From a virus, in IMG/VR virus record IMGVR_UViG_3300025892_000009: DNA of 64,000 nucleotides; one strand, given 5' to 3'. Shown piece by piece: positions 15,965-25,543 of the stretch. The first letter of the stretch is position 1. Each line of letters starts with the position of its first letter. The position numbers and the translations under genes are program-made. The notes under the pieces were generated by a model. The model searched no databases. It was not told the origin of the DNA and saw only the letters and a program-made list of their open reading frames with translations.

Positions 15965-16768
15965 TTAACCGTAGTATTCATAAACAACTACGACACCTTC
16001 GCGCCCTCTAGCACCTCTATTACTGTTTCTAGAACCATTGCCTCCTGCACCCCATGCTGCATGATTTTGGTGTCTATGTGCATAGTTTTGTTGTCTATGT
16101 GATCCAGGTTGTGACCCTCCATAAAAAGATCTACCTCCCGAATAGTTACCATATGAGTGATTAGATCCATGACCGTTACCACCACCACCATATACATTCA
16201 AAGTGCCCCCAGATCCATTGCCACCAGTACCTCCAGCATGCTGTTGGCGACAATTAGCACCTTGTCCACCAGATCCAGAGCAGTAACTACCAAATGATGA
16301 TGTATTTCCACCACCACCACATCCAGAATAGTTAGTACCGCCGCCAGGGTTACCTATAGTCACACTAACTGAAGATATATTAGTAACATCCAATACTCTT
16401 TCACTAAATCCACCAGCACCAGCAGATTCACAGTATCCAGATCCACCGCCACCAGCACCAACTACTTGCACTTTAATAGATGCTACACCTGCTGGTTTAG
16501 TCCAAGTGCCATTAGAGGTCCACACTTGCATAGATCTAAATCCTGACTGAGCAGAAACTGCTGTCCAGGATAAATTATTTCCATCTGTAGTAAGATAATT
16601 ACCATCAATAAAAGTTGGAATATTATACGTTGACGATCCTGAGATCGTACCATTAATATTCAGATTGGTAACCTTCAGAGTACCTGTGGTCGTGATAGAT
16701 CCCGCAGACAAACTAAATCCACCAATACCCGCTAAGTCTCTTACTTCTGATACTTTAAGTACACTCAT
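15965..16768 (-). CDS. Gly-rich tail-fibre-associated protein, paralogue 1
   Basis: WTSNGTWTKP...VVGAGGGG...GAGG...GREGVVVVYEY signature; late promoter GATAAATA at 16790-16797. Confidence 0.75.
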   Translation of the reverse strand: MSVLKVSEVRDLAGIGGFSLSAGSITTTGTLKVTNLNINGTISGSSTYNIPTFIDGNYLTTDGNNLSWTAVSAQSGFRSMQVWTSNGTWTKPAGVASIKVQVVGAGGGGSGYCESAGAGGFSERVLDVTNISSVSVTIGNPGGGTNYSGCGGGGNTSSFGSYCSGSGGQGANCRQQHAGGTGGNGSGGTLNVYGGGGNGHGSNHSYGNYSGGRSFYGGSQPGSHRQQNYAHRHQNHAAWGAGGNGSRNSNRGARGREGVVVVYEYYG

Positions 16769-16795
16769 TGGTCTTTACTTACCCTGTTGTATTTA

Positions 16796-17605
16796 TCAAC
16801 CATAAAACTCTTCCACAACAACGACACCTTCACGCCCTCTAGCACCCCTATTACCATGCTGTGCTCCTTGACCACCTGCACCCCAGGCGCAGTGATTTTG
16901 GTGTCTATGTGAATAATTTCCTTGTCTGTGCGATGAAGGTTGCGATCCTCCATAATATGATGCACCAGCACTATGATTCCCATAGGAATAGTGAGATCCA
17001 TGACCATTGCCGCCACCACCATATACATTCAAAGTGCCCCCAGATCCATTGCCGCCGATACCTCCAGCATGTTGTTGACGACAATTACCACCATATCCAC
17101 CTGTGGCACTACAATATGATCCAAATGATGTTGTGCCACCATTACCACCACATCCAGCGTAGTTTGTACCACCGCCAGGGTTACCTACAGTAACACTAAC
17201 TGAAGATATATTAGTAACATCAAGAGTCCTTTCAGATGTACCACCAGCACCACCAGATTCACAGTGACCTGAACCACCGCCGCCTGCACCTGTGACTCTC
17301 ACAATGATAGATCTAACCCCTGTTGGTCTAGTCCAAGTGCCATTGGAGGTCCACACTTGCATAGATCTAATTCCAGATGCAATAGATGCAGTTCTCCACT
17401 CCAAATCAGTGCCATTCGATGCTAGAAACTTACCAGCATTACCTGCTTGTGGTGGAATTGTATATGCAGATTGACCCTGAATAATACCATTAATTGTAAT
17501 ATTCGAGACTGTTAGAGTTCCAACTGCGGTGATACCACCACCAGAGAATGAAAACCCTGAGGCGTCTGTCAGATCCCTCATTGAGGATACTTTTATTTTT
17601 GACAT
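16796..17605 (-). CDS. Gly-rich tail-fibre-associated protein, paralogue 2
   Basis: Colinear with paralogues 1 and 3 over the whole length. Confidence 0.75.
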   Translation of the reverse strand: MSKIKVSSMRDLTDASGFSFSGGGITAVGTLTVSNITINGIIQGQSAYTIPPQAGNAGKFLASNGTDLEWRTASIASGIRSMQVWTSNGTWTRPTGVRSIIVRVTGAGGGGSGHCESGGAGGTSERTLDVTNISSVSVTVGNPGGGTNYAGCGGNGGTTSFGSYCSATGGYGGNCRQQHAGGIGGNGSGGTLNVYGGGGNGHGSHYSYGNHSAGASYYGGSQPSSHRQGNYSHRHQNHCAWGAGGQGAQHGNRGARGREGVVVVEEFYG

Positions 17606-17626
17606 AGCGGTCTCTTTTTAAGTTAT

Positions 17627-18433
17627 TTAGTAGAATTCATGGACAACAACGACACCTTCACGCCCTCTAGCACCTCTATTGCCGTGCATAGAACCATTGC
17701 CTCCTGCACCCCAGGCACAGTGATTTTGGTGTCTATGGGAATAATTTCCTTGTCTATGAGATGATGGTTGGGATCCACCCCAGTAAGAAGATCCTGCGGT
17801 GTGGTTACCATATGAATAGTGTGATCCGTGTCCGTTACCTCCACCACCATAGATGTTGAGGGTACCACCACTTCCATTACCACCAATACCACCTGAATGC
17901 TGCTCTCTGCAATTTGCACCATATCCACCTGAGGCACTACAATATGATCCAAATGATGTTGTGCCACCATTACCACCACATCCAGAGTAGTTTGTACCAC
18001 CTCCAGGATTGCCTACAGTAACACTAACTGAAGATACGTTAGTAACATCAACTTGTCGTTGTGCGGTACCACCAGCACCACCAGATTCACAGTGACCTGA
18101 ACCACCTCCACCAGCACCAGAAACCGTGACCATAATGGTCCTTACGCCTGATGGTTTAGTCCAAGTGCCATTAGAGGTCCACACTTGCATAGATCTGACA
18201 CCTGAAGCAGTGGCAATCTCTCCCCACTGCATAGATCCACCAGAATTTTTTAAAAACTTATCAGTTTCTCCAGAAGGGTTTGGGATTAGATAACTTGAAG
18301 ATCCCGAGATTGCACCATCAACAACAATATCAGTAACAATTAAATTTCCATTTGCTGTGATTCCACCAGATGCGAAAGTAAAACCACCAACACCACCGAG
18401 ATCTTTAATTGCTCCAAGATTTAACTGTGCCAT
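17627..18433 (-). CDS. Gly-rich tail-fibre-associated protein, paralogue 3
   Basis: Colinear with paralogues 1 and 2; late promoter GATAAATA at 18459-18466. Confidence 0.75.
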   Translation of the reverse strand: MAQLNLGAIKDLGGVGGFTFASGGITANGNLIVTDIVVDGAISGSSSYLIPNPSGETDKFLKNSGGSMQWGEIATASGVRSMQVWTSNGTWTKPSGVRTIMVTVSGAGGGGSGHCESGGAGGTAQRQVDVTNVSSVSVTVGNPGGGTNYSGCGGNGGTTSFGSYCSASGGYGANCREQHSGGIGGNGSGGTLNIYGGGGNGHGSHYSYGNHTAGSSYWGGSQPSSHRQGNYSHRHQNHCAWGAGGNGSMHGNRGARGREGVVVVHEFY

Positions 18434-18438
18434 GTTAT

Positions 18439-18768
18439 TTAACGGTTATCCTCTAGTTTATTTATCATATAAGGTTTCATCATATTATAAAATGTGCCCC
18501 CTTTATTTATAGAATTATTGTGCAGATCATACCACAAGTATTCCAATTGCTTCTCCAATTCTGGTTTTGGAGGTGGTGCATATTTTACTTCAATCTCTTT
18601 TTCTTTTGACACTACCTCACACATTGCCTCTATTTTAGCAGGAGCAATAGCAGGAAATTCTGGATCATTTGGAAATATGATACTACCATAATCACCATCA
18701 CATAAAATAAAAGATCTACCACCAGAGAGACGATCAATCGCCTCTGCTTTTACATCATCAGAATACAT
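18439..18768 (-). CDS. Hypothetical protein, possible tail-fibre assembly chaperone
   Basis: PELEKQLEYLWYDL motif resembles that of the 15507-15935 protein; likely ATG at 18768. Confidence 0.55.
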   Translation of the reverse strand: MYSDDVKAEAIDRLSGGRSFILCDGDYGSIIFPNDPEFPAIAPAKIEAMCEVVSKEKEIEVKYAPPPKPELEKQLEYLWYDLHNNSINKGGTFYNMMKPYMINKLEDNR

Positions 18769-18769
18769 A

Positions 18770-19669
18770 TTATCCCCTAATTTCAACTGCAATCAAACTA
18801 CTAATAGATCTCATGTCTTGACCATCTCTATCATTGATGTATAAATTATACGTGGTTCCAGACCAAGACGATGCAGCACCAACACTATATGTTTGTGGGT
18901 TTGTTGTATTGGGATGATCCATATACATCATAAATTTATTCATCATATGAGATTCAGTTGATTCTCCCGCATATGTGGTGGAGATACTACCACTACTCAC
19001 ATTATCATTCCCAGCAAGACCATCAGTAAGAATAGAATTATTTCTCAAGAAACCACAAGTGTTTACATGAATAGCATTGGAGTTAACCATCGCAAGCAAC
19101 AAAATCTTAGAAGATGTATGTGATGGTTGGATTGTAACTTCTAAGGATGGAATAGCAACTAAATTTGCTGATCTGATAAGATAGCGAGTTGGAGGTGTCT
19201 GTGCATATCTAGTTTGCACAACTTGACCTTCACCAAGGTCATTATCCTCACCACCCATGATAAACCAGGAAGCAGCATTCTCAATAGTTACAGTATAACC
19301 ATTTTGAATTTCTACAGGTCCCGCAGTAAATCCATTACGAAACTCTTCACCACCATTAGCAACTGGACCAATAGTAACATTAGTATTAATAAAGTTACCA
19401 TTGGTGCGAATAATAGAATCTTCACCTACTGAAGGTCCACCACCACCAACAGAGGTCCATCCAGGTACACCTGCACTAGCATCTTGAAGATAAATTTGTG
19501 CCTGATCTTCAGTAGTATTATAAACTAATGTGCCGTATGCTGGAGTGCCTAACGCCGTCACTGCTGCCTGATTAAGTGCAGGCAGATTGATCTGCTCAGT
19601 AACATCAAGGGCTTCCATAATTGCCCTAGTTACAGCATCAATCTGATTACCTATAATTTTGGTAGACAT
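18770..19669 (-). CDS. Virion structural/tail-fibre-related protein
   Basis: GTLVYNTT module, AGPVEI, GQVVQ...ITP-SSKIL-type C-terminal domain; late promoter AATAAATA at 19692-19699. Confidence 0.65.
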   Translation of the reverse strand: MSTKIIGNQIDAVTRAIMEALDVTEQINLPALNQAAVTALGTPAYGTLVYNTTEDQAQIYLQDASAGVPGWTSVGGGGPSVGEDSIIRTNGNFINTNVTIGPVANGGEEFRNGFTAGPVEIQNGYTVTIENAASWFIMGGEDNDLGEGQVVQTRYAQTPPTRYLIRSANLVAIPSLEVTIQPSHTSSKILLLAMVNSNAIHVNTCGFLRNNSILTDGLAGNDNVSSGSISTTYAGESTESHMMNKFMMYMDHPNTTNPQTYSVGAASSWSGTTYNLYINDRDGQDMRSISSLIAVEIRG

Positions 19670-19701
19670 CCGATCCCTCTGTGAGTTTAACTATTTATTT
19701 T

Positions 19702-22700
19702 TTAAATTACTAATTCACGGATTTGCACATTGTCTCCAGTTTGAGGCGTTGTGCCCACAGAGAAATCTACAGCATTTGCACTAACTGTATAATCAACACC
19801 TGGTCGCTGACAGACACCATTCAAGAATACTAAAATTGAATTTTGATTATGTCCTGGTGAAATAGCAAAGGAAGTTGTAGATCCATTGCCAGTATACATC
19901 ACACCATTATTGCCTGCATTGACACCAGTCGCCAATGAATATTTATCGGCACAACCATACTTACCAGTAACATCAATATCTCCTGTAACTTCAACGTTAC
20001 CTGAAATTCTCATTCTATTACTAGCATTAGGTGCAATGCCAATACCATAATGTGTTACACCACCAAATCTAGTCGATGAGATAGGTGCAGTATCACTTAA
20101 ACCAAACTTATACCAAGTTGCAGAATCATAAATCCATCCAATAAATGTACCTGGAGTCCAATCAACATTATAGCAAATATCTCCAGTATTAAATGCTGAC
20201 AAAGCATCGACATCAGGGTTACCAGTGCCATCATCCTCTGCCATCAAAATGTTTCTCAATACTGTGCCATCAGTATTTGCCAATGTCATATTGAGAGTTT
20301 GCACTGTATCTTGAGATGTTAGTTTCTTCTGGAAAGTAACAGGACCAGAGAATACAGATTCCAACTGGTTAGATGCACCACCAATAACAGTTAGTTTATC
20401 AGTCAGCACCAACTCAGAGAATGTCTCAATAGTTGTACCTTCCTCACCCAACACGTTGAGTTGTGCAATATCCTCGTTAGTGATCTGACCTGTAACTGGG
20501 TTAATAACCTGGTTACCAACAAACAACTCACCGTCAGAGTTAACACCTGAATAGTATGCAACACCTGCCGCTTCTTTCAATGACTGCGATAGTCTCACCT
20601 GCTGAGGCGAAAGAACTTCAACCTGTGTAGATGGGAATGCAGTTGAGTAGTTACCAGGACCGAAACCAAGATACTCAAACGTGTGTCCAGATGCTCTAAG
20701 AATAGAATATCTTCTCAACTCACAGAGAATAGGTTGGACACTATTATCAGCGTTAAGTTTCAGTGGGATCTTACGCTCTTCAGCATCACCCAGTCGTGCA
20801 GTAACAGAAATACCATTCAATACGTTAGATGTAGTGTTATAACCTAAGTTATTCTCACTCTCAAGCAAGAAGAATTGTGATGTCTCCTTAGTAATTGATC
20901 TCTCAGTATCTTCATTAGGTGTTGGAGACGCTCCATCAGTTGTTGTAACTAGACCCAAAGTCTCATTGTCTGCAATAGAAACAGCAGCAGCAGGATCAGA
21001 TACAGGATTATCTCTATCAAATGCAGGATAAAGATCAACTTGTTGCTGAGAGAAGAAGAAGTCGTTGAAGTTAGAGGTAGATGGTGATACTGACGCATTC
21101 AATACTGTCATATAGTAAATACCATCTGCGGCACCACGCTCGAATGTTTGATACGTTTCAACAGCATAGACAAAATATGTCTTACTGTATGCTGGTGAGT
21201 TAGTTTCCGAAGATCTAGGTTGAATAACGAAACCAGTAATTGGAGGACGTGGGACAGGGAATGCATCCTTATCCAACACATAACGATAACGATAAATTCT
21301 ATCTACAAGGTTTCTTGCATCAGGCACCCTTCTAACAAATGTTGTTGGTGTGAATCCTAGATTTTGATAAATGGAGTTTGCCTGAAGTGTCGTATAGATT
21401 GTATTGGCACCACCATCAACTTGAAGATACCAGTGACTATTAACACTATCCCACTTCAATGGTGAATCATCGTCTCCAGCAGATGTGCCAGTAACATCCT
21501 TTCCTGATGGATTAATTTCAGCATAATGTGTCGTAGGAGCAGATGCACCTGATGCTACAAGAAGGACATAAACTCTATCGGGAGTATTAACATCATCACG
21601 TCTTGCACCAACAGTATAACCTTGAATCTTACTAGGTGGTTTACCAGTTTCTACAGTATATCCATATAAGAATAATTTCGTTGGGTCGGCAACACTACGA
21701 GTTTTAGTAATATCAATGGTCACCCAGTTGATAGAAATTTCTTCAACGTCACTTAAATTCTTAGGTGGAATAACGTGTGTAATTCTTCCTGCTTTATCTT
21801 TTGTAAAAGATGCTGCTTTAAAACCTTTAGATCGTAGGGATGTGTTTCCGAAGTTAGAGTTTGAGTTAGTAATGGATAGGTCACCACCAGACTCACTAAA
21901 GAAATGGTCACCAAATCCCACAGCAAACACAGACACAACCTGAATGAATGCGTCATTGGATGCATGAATATGAACGTGACGCCATCCTTTACGGTATTTA
22001 CATAGTCCGTTAATATGTGCCCCAGATCCTGCTGCTTGCACTTCATATGCACCCGTTGACGGATTATATAAAACAAACGCTCGATCATCTTTTTGTAGAG
22101 AGATTCCCGTGAATTGAGCCACAACCATGGATTTAAATCCAGTCGCTTCAGCACCATCGGCATGCATTCCATTGATACCCCAAACGGATCTCAATGAGAG
22201 GTTAAAGCAATATGGAGAAGCAGAGTCAACAGTATCAATTTCAACTTTAACCAGAACATTACTGCCAAGGGCATTACCTGAAGGTTCAGATGACATCTGA
22301 TAGGTAAACTGATTACCCTGTGCAGATGTTACCAAGAATGATCCATTGTAGAGGAGAGCATCTTGGTCAGTAGGACCTGTAACGCCAGATATATTAACAG
22401 CGACACCCACGGAGAATCCATGATTCTTCGGGTTACCAAGTTCATCAACTGTGAATGCAGTGGCGGTTTGTCCATTTCTGATAATTTGAGATACAGCAAA
22501 TTCGTCAGAGATAGGACCAACAATCCTATTTTCCTCAACCCTTGCTTGCAACTGGTCTTGTGCAGCAATACCAGAAGTATCAGGAATTACAGCATAACCT
22601 TTAGAGATCTTTTGATAGTATAACTCTAGATCTGTGGGATTTGCATACTCAAAACAAGTCAGTTTATGGTGAGAATAATTAGGGGCAATCTGAGATAGAT

Positions 22701-23274
22701 CGTCTCTATAGTAGACACCAGTAGTATCACCATCGAAGAATGATGCCTGCCAGAAGTAACAACCACCCGTCAGTCTGAATATAGCAGCAGGACCAGGTTC
22801 GTTGGCAGCAGTAATACCCAAACTACCTTGAACAGTAGGATATGGAACATACTTAGGAATAAACTTAGTACGTCTTAAGTCAGATCCAACAACAGAAGCA
22901 CCACGAGGAACAATAACACCACCACGAGTAGAATTAAATTTATATAATTCGTTAGATGGTGATGTTATATCGAAGTTGGAGTTTTCATTAAATGGTTGAA
23001 TTTGATTGTAATCTGAAAGACCTGGACGATTGTCAATTACATACTCAGAAGGATACAGATAGATCGAGAATGCATCAAATTCGTCATTACTGAGACCAAC
23101 TCGATACGAAAATCTTGACACTTCAAGTAATGCACGTTGCAACGTCTTAAATGGACGCAGTGCAGAGTTGCCTCTGTTATCATATGCATCAGACGCATCA
23201 AAATCGTCAGGATTGACGTATATAATACGTCCCGTCCTCGACGTGATGATATTCTTAAGACGAGTAAGTGCCAT
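19702..23274 (-). CDS. Large virion structural/tail-fibre protein (1190 aa)
   Basis: MALTRLKNIITSRTGRIIYVNPDD N-terminus with PFKTLQRA, C-terminal GNGSTTSF...VFLNGVCQRPGVDY module; late promoter CATAAATA at 23299-23306. Confidence 0.75.
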   Translation of the reverse strand: MALTRLKNIITSRTGRIIYVNPDDFDASDAYDNRGNSALRPFKTLQRALLEVSRFSYRVGLSNDEFDAFSIYLYPSEYVIDNRPGLSDYNQIQPFNENSNFDITSPSNELYKFNSTRGGVIVPRGASVVGSDLRRTKFIPKYVPYPTVQGSLGITAANEPGPAAIFRLTGGCYFWQASFFDGDTTGVYYRDDLSQIAPNYSHHKLTCFEYANPTDLELYYQKISKGYAVIPDTSGIAAQDQLQARVEENRIVGPISDEFAVSQIIRNGQTATAFTVDELGNPKNHGFSVGVAVNISGVTGPTDQDALLYNGSFLVTSAQGNQFTYQMSSEPSGNALGSNVLVKVEIDTVDSASPYCFNLSLRSVWGINGMHADGAEATGFKSMVVAQFTGISLQKDDRAFVLYNPSTGAYEVQAAGSGAHINGLCKYRKGWRHVHIHASNDAFIQVVSVFAVGFGDHFFSESGGDLSITNSNSNFGNTSLRSKGFKAASFTKDKAGRITHVIPPKNLSDVEEISINWVTIDITKTRSVADPTKLFLYGYTVETGKPPSKIQGYTVGARRDDVNTPDRVYVLLVASGASAPTTHYAEINPSGKDVTGTSAGDDDSPLKWDSVNSHWYLQVDGGANTIYTTLQANSIYQNLGFTPTTFVRRVPDARNLVDRIYRYRYVLDKDAFPVPRPPITGFVIQPRSSETNSPAYSKTYFVYAVETYQTFERGAADGIYYMTVLNASVSPSTSNFNDFFFSQQQVDLYPAFDRDNPVSDPAAAVSIADNETLGLVTTTDGASPTPNEDTERSITKETSQFFLLESENNLGYNTTSNVLNGISVTARLGDAEERKIPLKLNADNSVQPILCELRRYSILRASGHTFEYLGFGPGNYSTAFPSTQVEVLSPQQVRLSQSLKEAAGVAYYSGVNSDGELFVGNQVINPVTGQITNEDIAQLNVLGEEGTTIETFSELVLTDKLTVIGGASNQLESVFSGPVTFQKKLTSQDTVQTLNMTLANTDGTVLRNILMAEDDGTGNPDVDALSAFNTGDICYNVDWTPGTFIGWIYDSATWYKFGLSDTAPISSTRFGGVTHYGIGIAPNASNRMRISGNVEVTGDIDVTGKYGCADKYSLATGVNAGNNGVMYTGNGSTTSFAISPGHNQNSILVFLNGVCQRPGVDYTVSANAVDFSVGTTPQTGDNVQIRELVI

Positions 23275-23314
23275 TCTTCAGGAATCCTTCTTCTTGAGTA
23301 TTTATGATTAATAT

Positions 23315-25537
23315 TTAAGGAGCGGCGGCATCTCCACCTTCATCAGTAGAAACCTTTGTTAAATTGACAACAGTAAAGTCATCAGAAGGAGACTCAAAAC
23401 CATTTGCAACGTAACTAATGTCGGCAACAGAAGAATATACCAAAATATTTTCTCCAGGTCCTACAATAATTCCGCTGTTTTTATTATTTGTAGTTGCTGC
23501 TATATCTTCATCATAAAAGAAATAGTCCTCATCAGAATACAATTGGGTCTGACTAACAGCAACACCATCATCTGCAGCAATTGCGGCGAAAGAAAGGGCA
23601 GCAGCGCCACCATTGCCTAGTTGACCATCATTAATTTGAATAATATCAGACGATTCATGACCTTCACCACCATCAACAATAGTAACAGTTGCAGCGCCAG
23701 TCCCATCAACAACAACAGTAAATTTTGTTTTTGCGAGGTTACCAGAACCATCAGTGGCATCAGGTGTCAGATTGGCATATGTGCCAGCAACACGATTTGC
23801 ATCAGTGTTAGTGCTGCTAATTCCTGACAGTTTACCATCCGCTGCCTTAACTATGGTGCGATTACCATTATTAAGTGTTGGTGTGTCGTAAAATTCAGCG
23901 TTAGCTGCAATTGCTGTTGATCCTTCACCTAAAGCAATTTTAAGATGTGCTTTTGCAGGATCCCAATCCATAACATAACCATAAGGTCCAGCAGTAACAC
24001 CATTAGCAAGCACAGTCTGAGTAACATCATTAACAGTGAATGTGTCTCCTGCTACAAGTGCCTCACCCGACACATCATAGATAAAGATCTCATCATATGT
24101 TGGATCTGTTTGTACAGAAATACCAAAACCTACACCTTGAGTTTCACCTGCTGGTGTGCCATCTGCATAAACAAACAGGTTAGCAGTTGTGGTATCGTTG
24201 ACTGCAATTGAAGTATATGCCCCTGCTGTTCCTGCCGTGCCAACTTTACTTACCCCCTGAGTATATTCTGTTCCTGTGCCAGTTGCACCATTAGGACCTT
24301 CAGGATCATCTGCAGATAGTTTTAGAGGATAGTTATTATTACTAGCATCTGACAAGTCAAAGATATATGTCCTATCAATATTAAAGTTACTCGTAACAAG
24401 AGCAATATGATCTGTTGCTACATTACTTGTAAGACTTACAAGGTACTTTGTATTAACTGGTAGTGAAGTTGTTGCCCCAAAATCAAGAGCAGCAGATGCG
24501 TTTGAAGTGCCACCTGTAATATTTTCACCTTCTGAGAAAGAATTGCACAGATATGCACCATTATCAATCAATAGTGTAACGTTAACACCATTATTATGGT
24601 CTACATCCGAAGTGCCAAACTTTCCCCTGGTAACTGTCAGATCATTGCCATTCACATCATCCAGATACATGATCTCACTATCAACTAAGATATAAGATCC
24701 AGTAATAAAACCTGTAGAGTCAGCAACAGTAAGAGTTTCATCTGCTGCAACAAATGTTGCACCTTCATCAATTGTACTAACAGTTGCAGCAGACGACCAA
24801 GCATTTGCTTGATAGAATGGAGGAATTGCTGCAGCAGTAGTGCCCAATGCACCACGAGTTACTGTTACGATATTTGCCGATGTATTAATTCCAGAAGCAT
24901 CAATGCTTACAACTTCACCTTGAGTATCATCACCACCAGCAACAGTTAAATACTGACCATCTGCCAATCCAGTGGTGCGTGAGATATTAAAAGTAGTTGC
25001 TCCAGATGTTACTGGAGTAACATTCATGTTAATACTCGTTTGATCACCACCTCTGTAAATGGAAGTAAGTCCCGAAGTAGCACCTGTAAGTGTTTCACCA
25101 CCTTCGAGTGTACCTGCAAGTGTGTCTGCTCCTAATGATACGCCAACAATGTCTTGGACAATTGTATAGTAAGTAACATCAGCAGTTGGTTTGAAAATAT
25201 CAAGAATTTTTGCCTTCGCACCATTGGTGGTGGTAAATTCTGTGCCTGGTAGTGCATCACCAAATGCATATCCAGGGTTGAGAGTTAGTTTATAAGCACT
25301 AAAAGGATTGCCTTTGACAAACTTATACGAAGATGGTTGACCACCATTTGCAGATTCAGGTCCATCCAGATGCAACACCTGATCATAGTTACGAAGTGCC
25401 ATACGATACGTTGCCGCAGTACCACTTTGGTTGCACACATTTACAACAGTGCTACCTGTTACCGTAGTCGGACACCTATAAAGCACCGTATTAGTTGTTG
25501 CCCCTGGTTTTGCAGCGGCGAGTCTTCCTGCTGTCAT
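23315..25537 (-). CDS. Virion structural protein (740 aa, T/G/A/D-rich)
   Basis: MTAGRLAA N-terminus, repeated VTRGxxGT modules. Confidence 0.7.
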   Translation of the reverse strand: MTAGRLAAAKPGATTNTVLYRCPTTVTGSTVVNVCNQSGTAATYRMALRNYDQVLHLDGPESANGGQPSSYKFVKGNPFSAYKLTLNPGYAFGDALPGTEFTTTNGAKAKILDIFKPTADVTYYTIVQDIVGVSLGADTLAGTLEGGETLTGATSGLTSIYRGGDQTSINMNVTPVTSGATTFNISRTTGLADGQYLTVAGGDDTQGEVVSIDASGINTSANIVTVTRGALGTTAAAIPPFYQANAWSSAATVSTIDEGATFVAADETLTVADSTGFITGSYILVDSEIMYLDDVNGNDLTVTRGKFGTSDVDHNNGVNVTLLIDNGAYLCNSFSEGENITGGTSNASAALDFGATTSLPVNTKYLVSLTSNVATDHIALVTSNFNIDRTYIFDLSDASNNNYPLKLSADDPEGPNGATGTGTEYTQGVSKVGTAGTAGAYTSIAVNDTTTANLFVYADGTPAGETQGVGFGISVQTDPTYDEIFIYDVSGEALVAGDTFTVNDVTQTVLANGVTAGPYGYVMDWDPAKAHLKIALGEGSTAIAANAEFYDTPTLNNGNRTIVKAADGKLSGISSTNTDANRVAGTYANLTPDATDGSGNLAKTKFTVVVDGTGAATVTIVDGGEGHESSDIIQINDGQLGNGGAAALSFAAIAADDGVAVSQTQLYSDEDYFFYDEDIAATTNNKNSGIIVGPGENILVYSSVADISYVANGFESPSDDFTVVNLTKVSTDEGGDAAAP

Positions 25538-25543
25538 TGTTTA

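Noticed and set aside
15965-18433. Diversity-generating retroelement (template and variable repeats) in the paralogue triplet
   Set aside because: No reverse transcriptase in the window, all three copies are intact full genes, and the differences are not adenine-restricted.
15965-18433. Collagen-like fibres as prolyl-hydroxylase substrates
   Set aside because: The glycines occur in runs (GGGG, GAGG), not Gly-X-Y triplets, and Pro is scarce.
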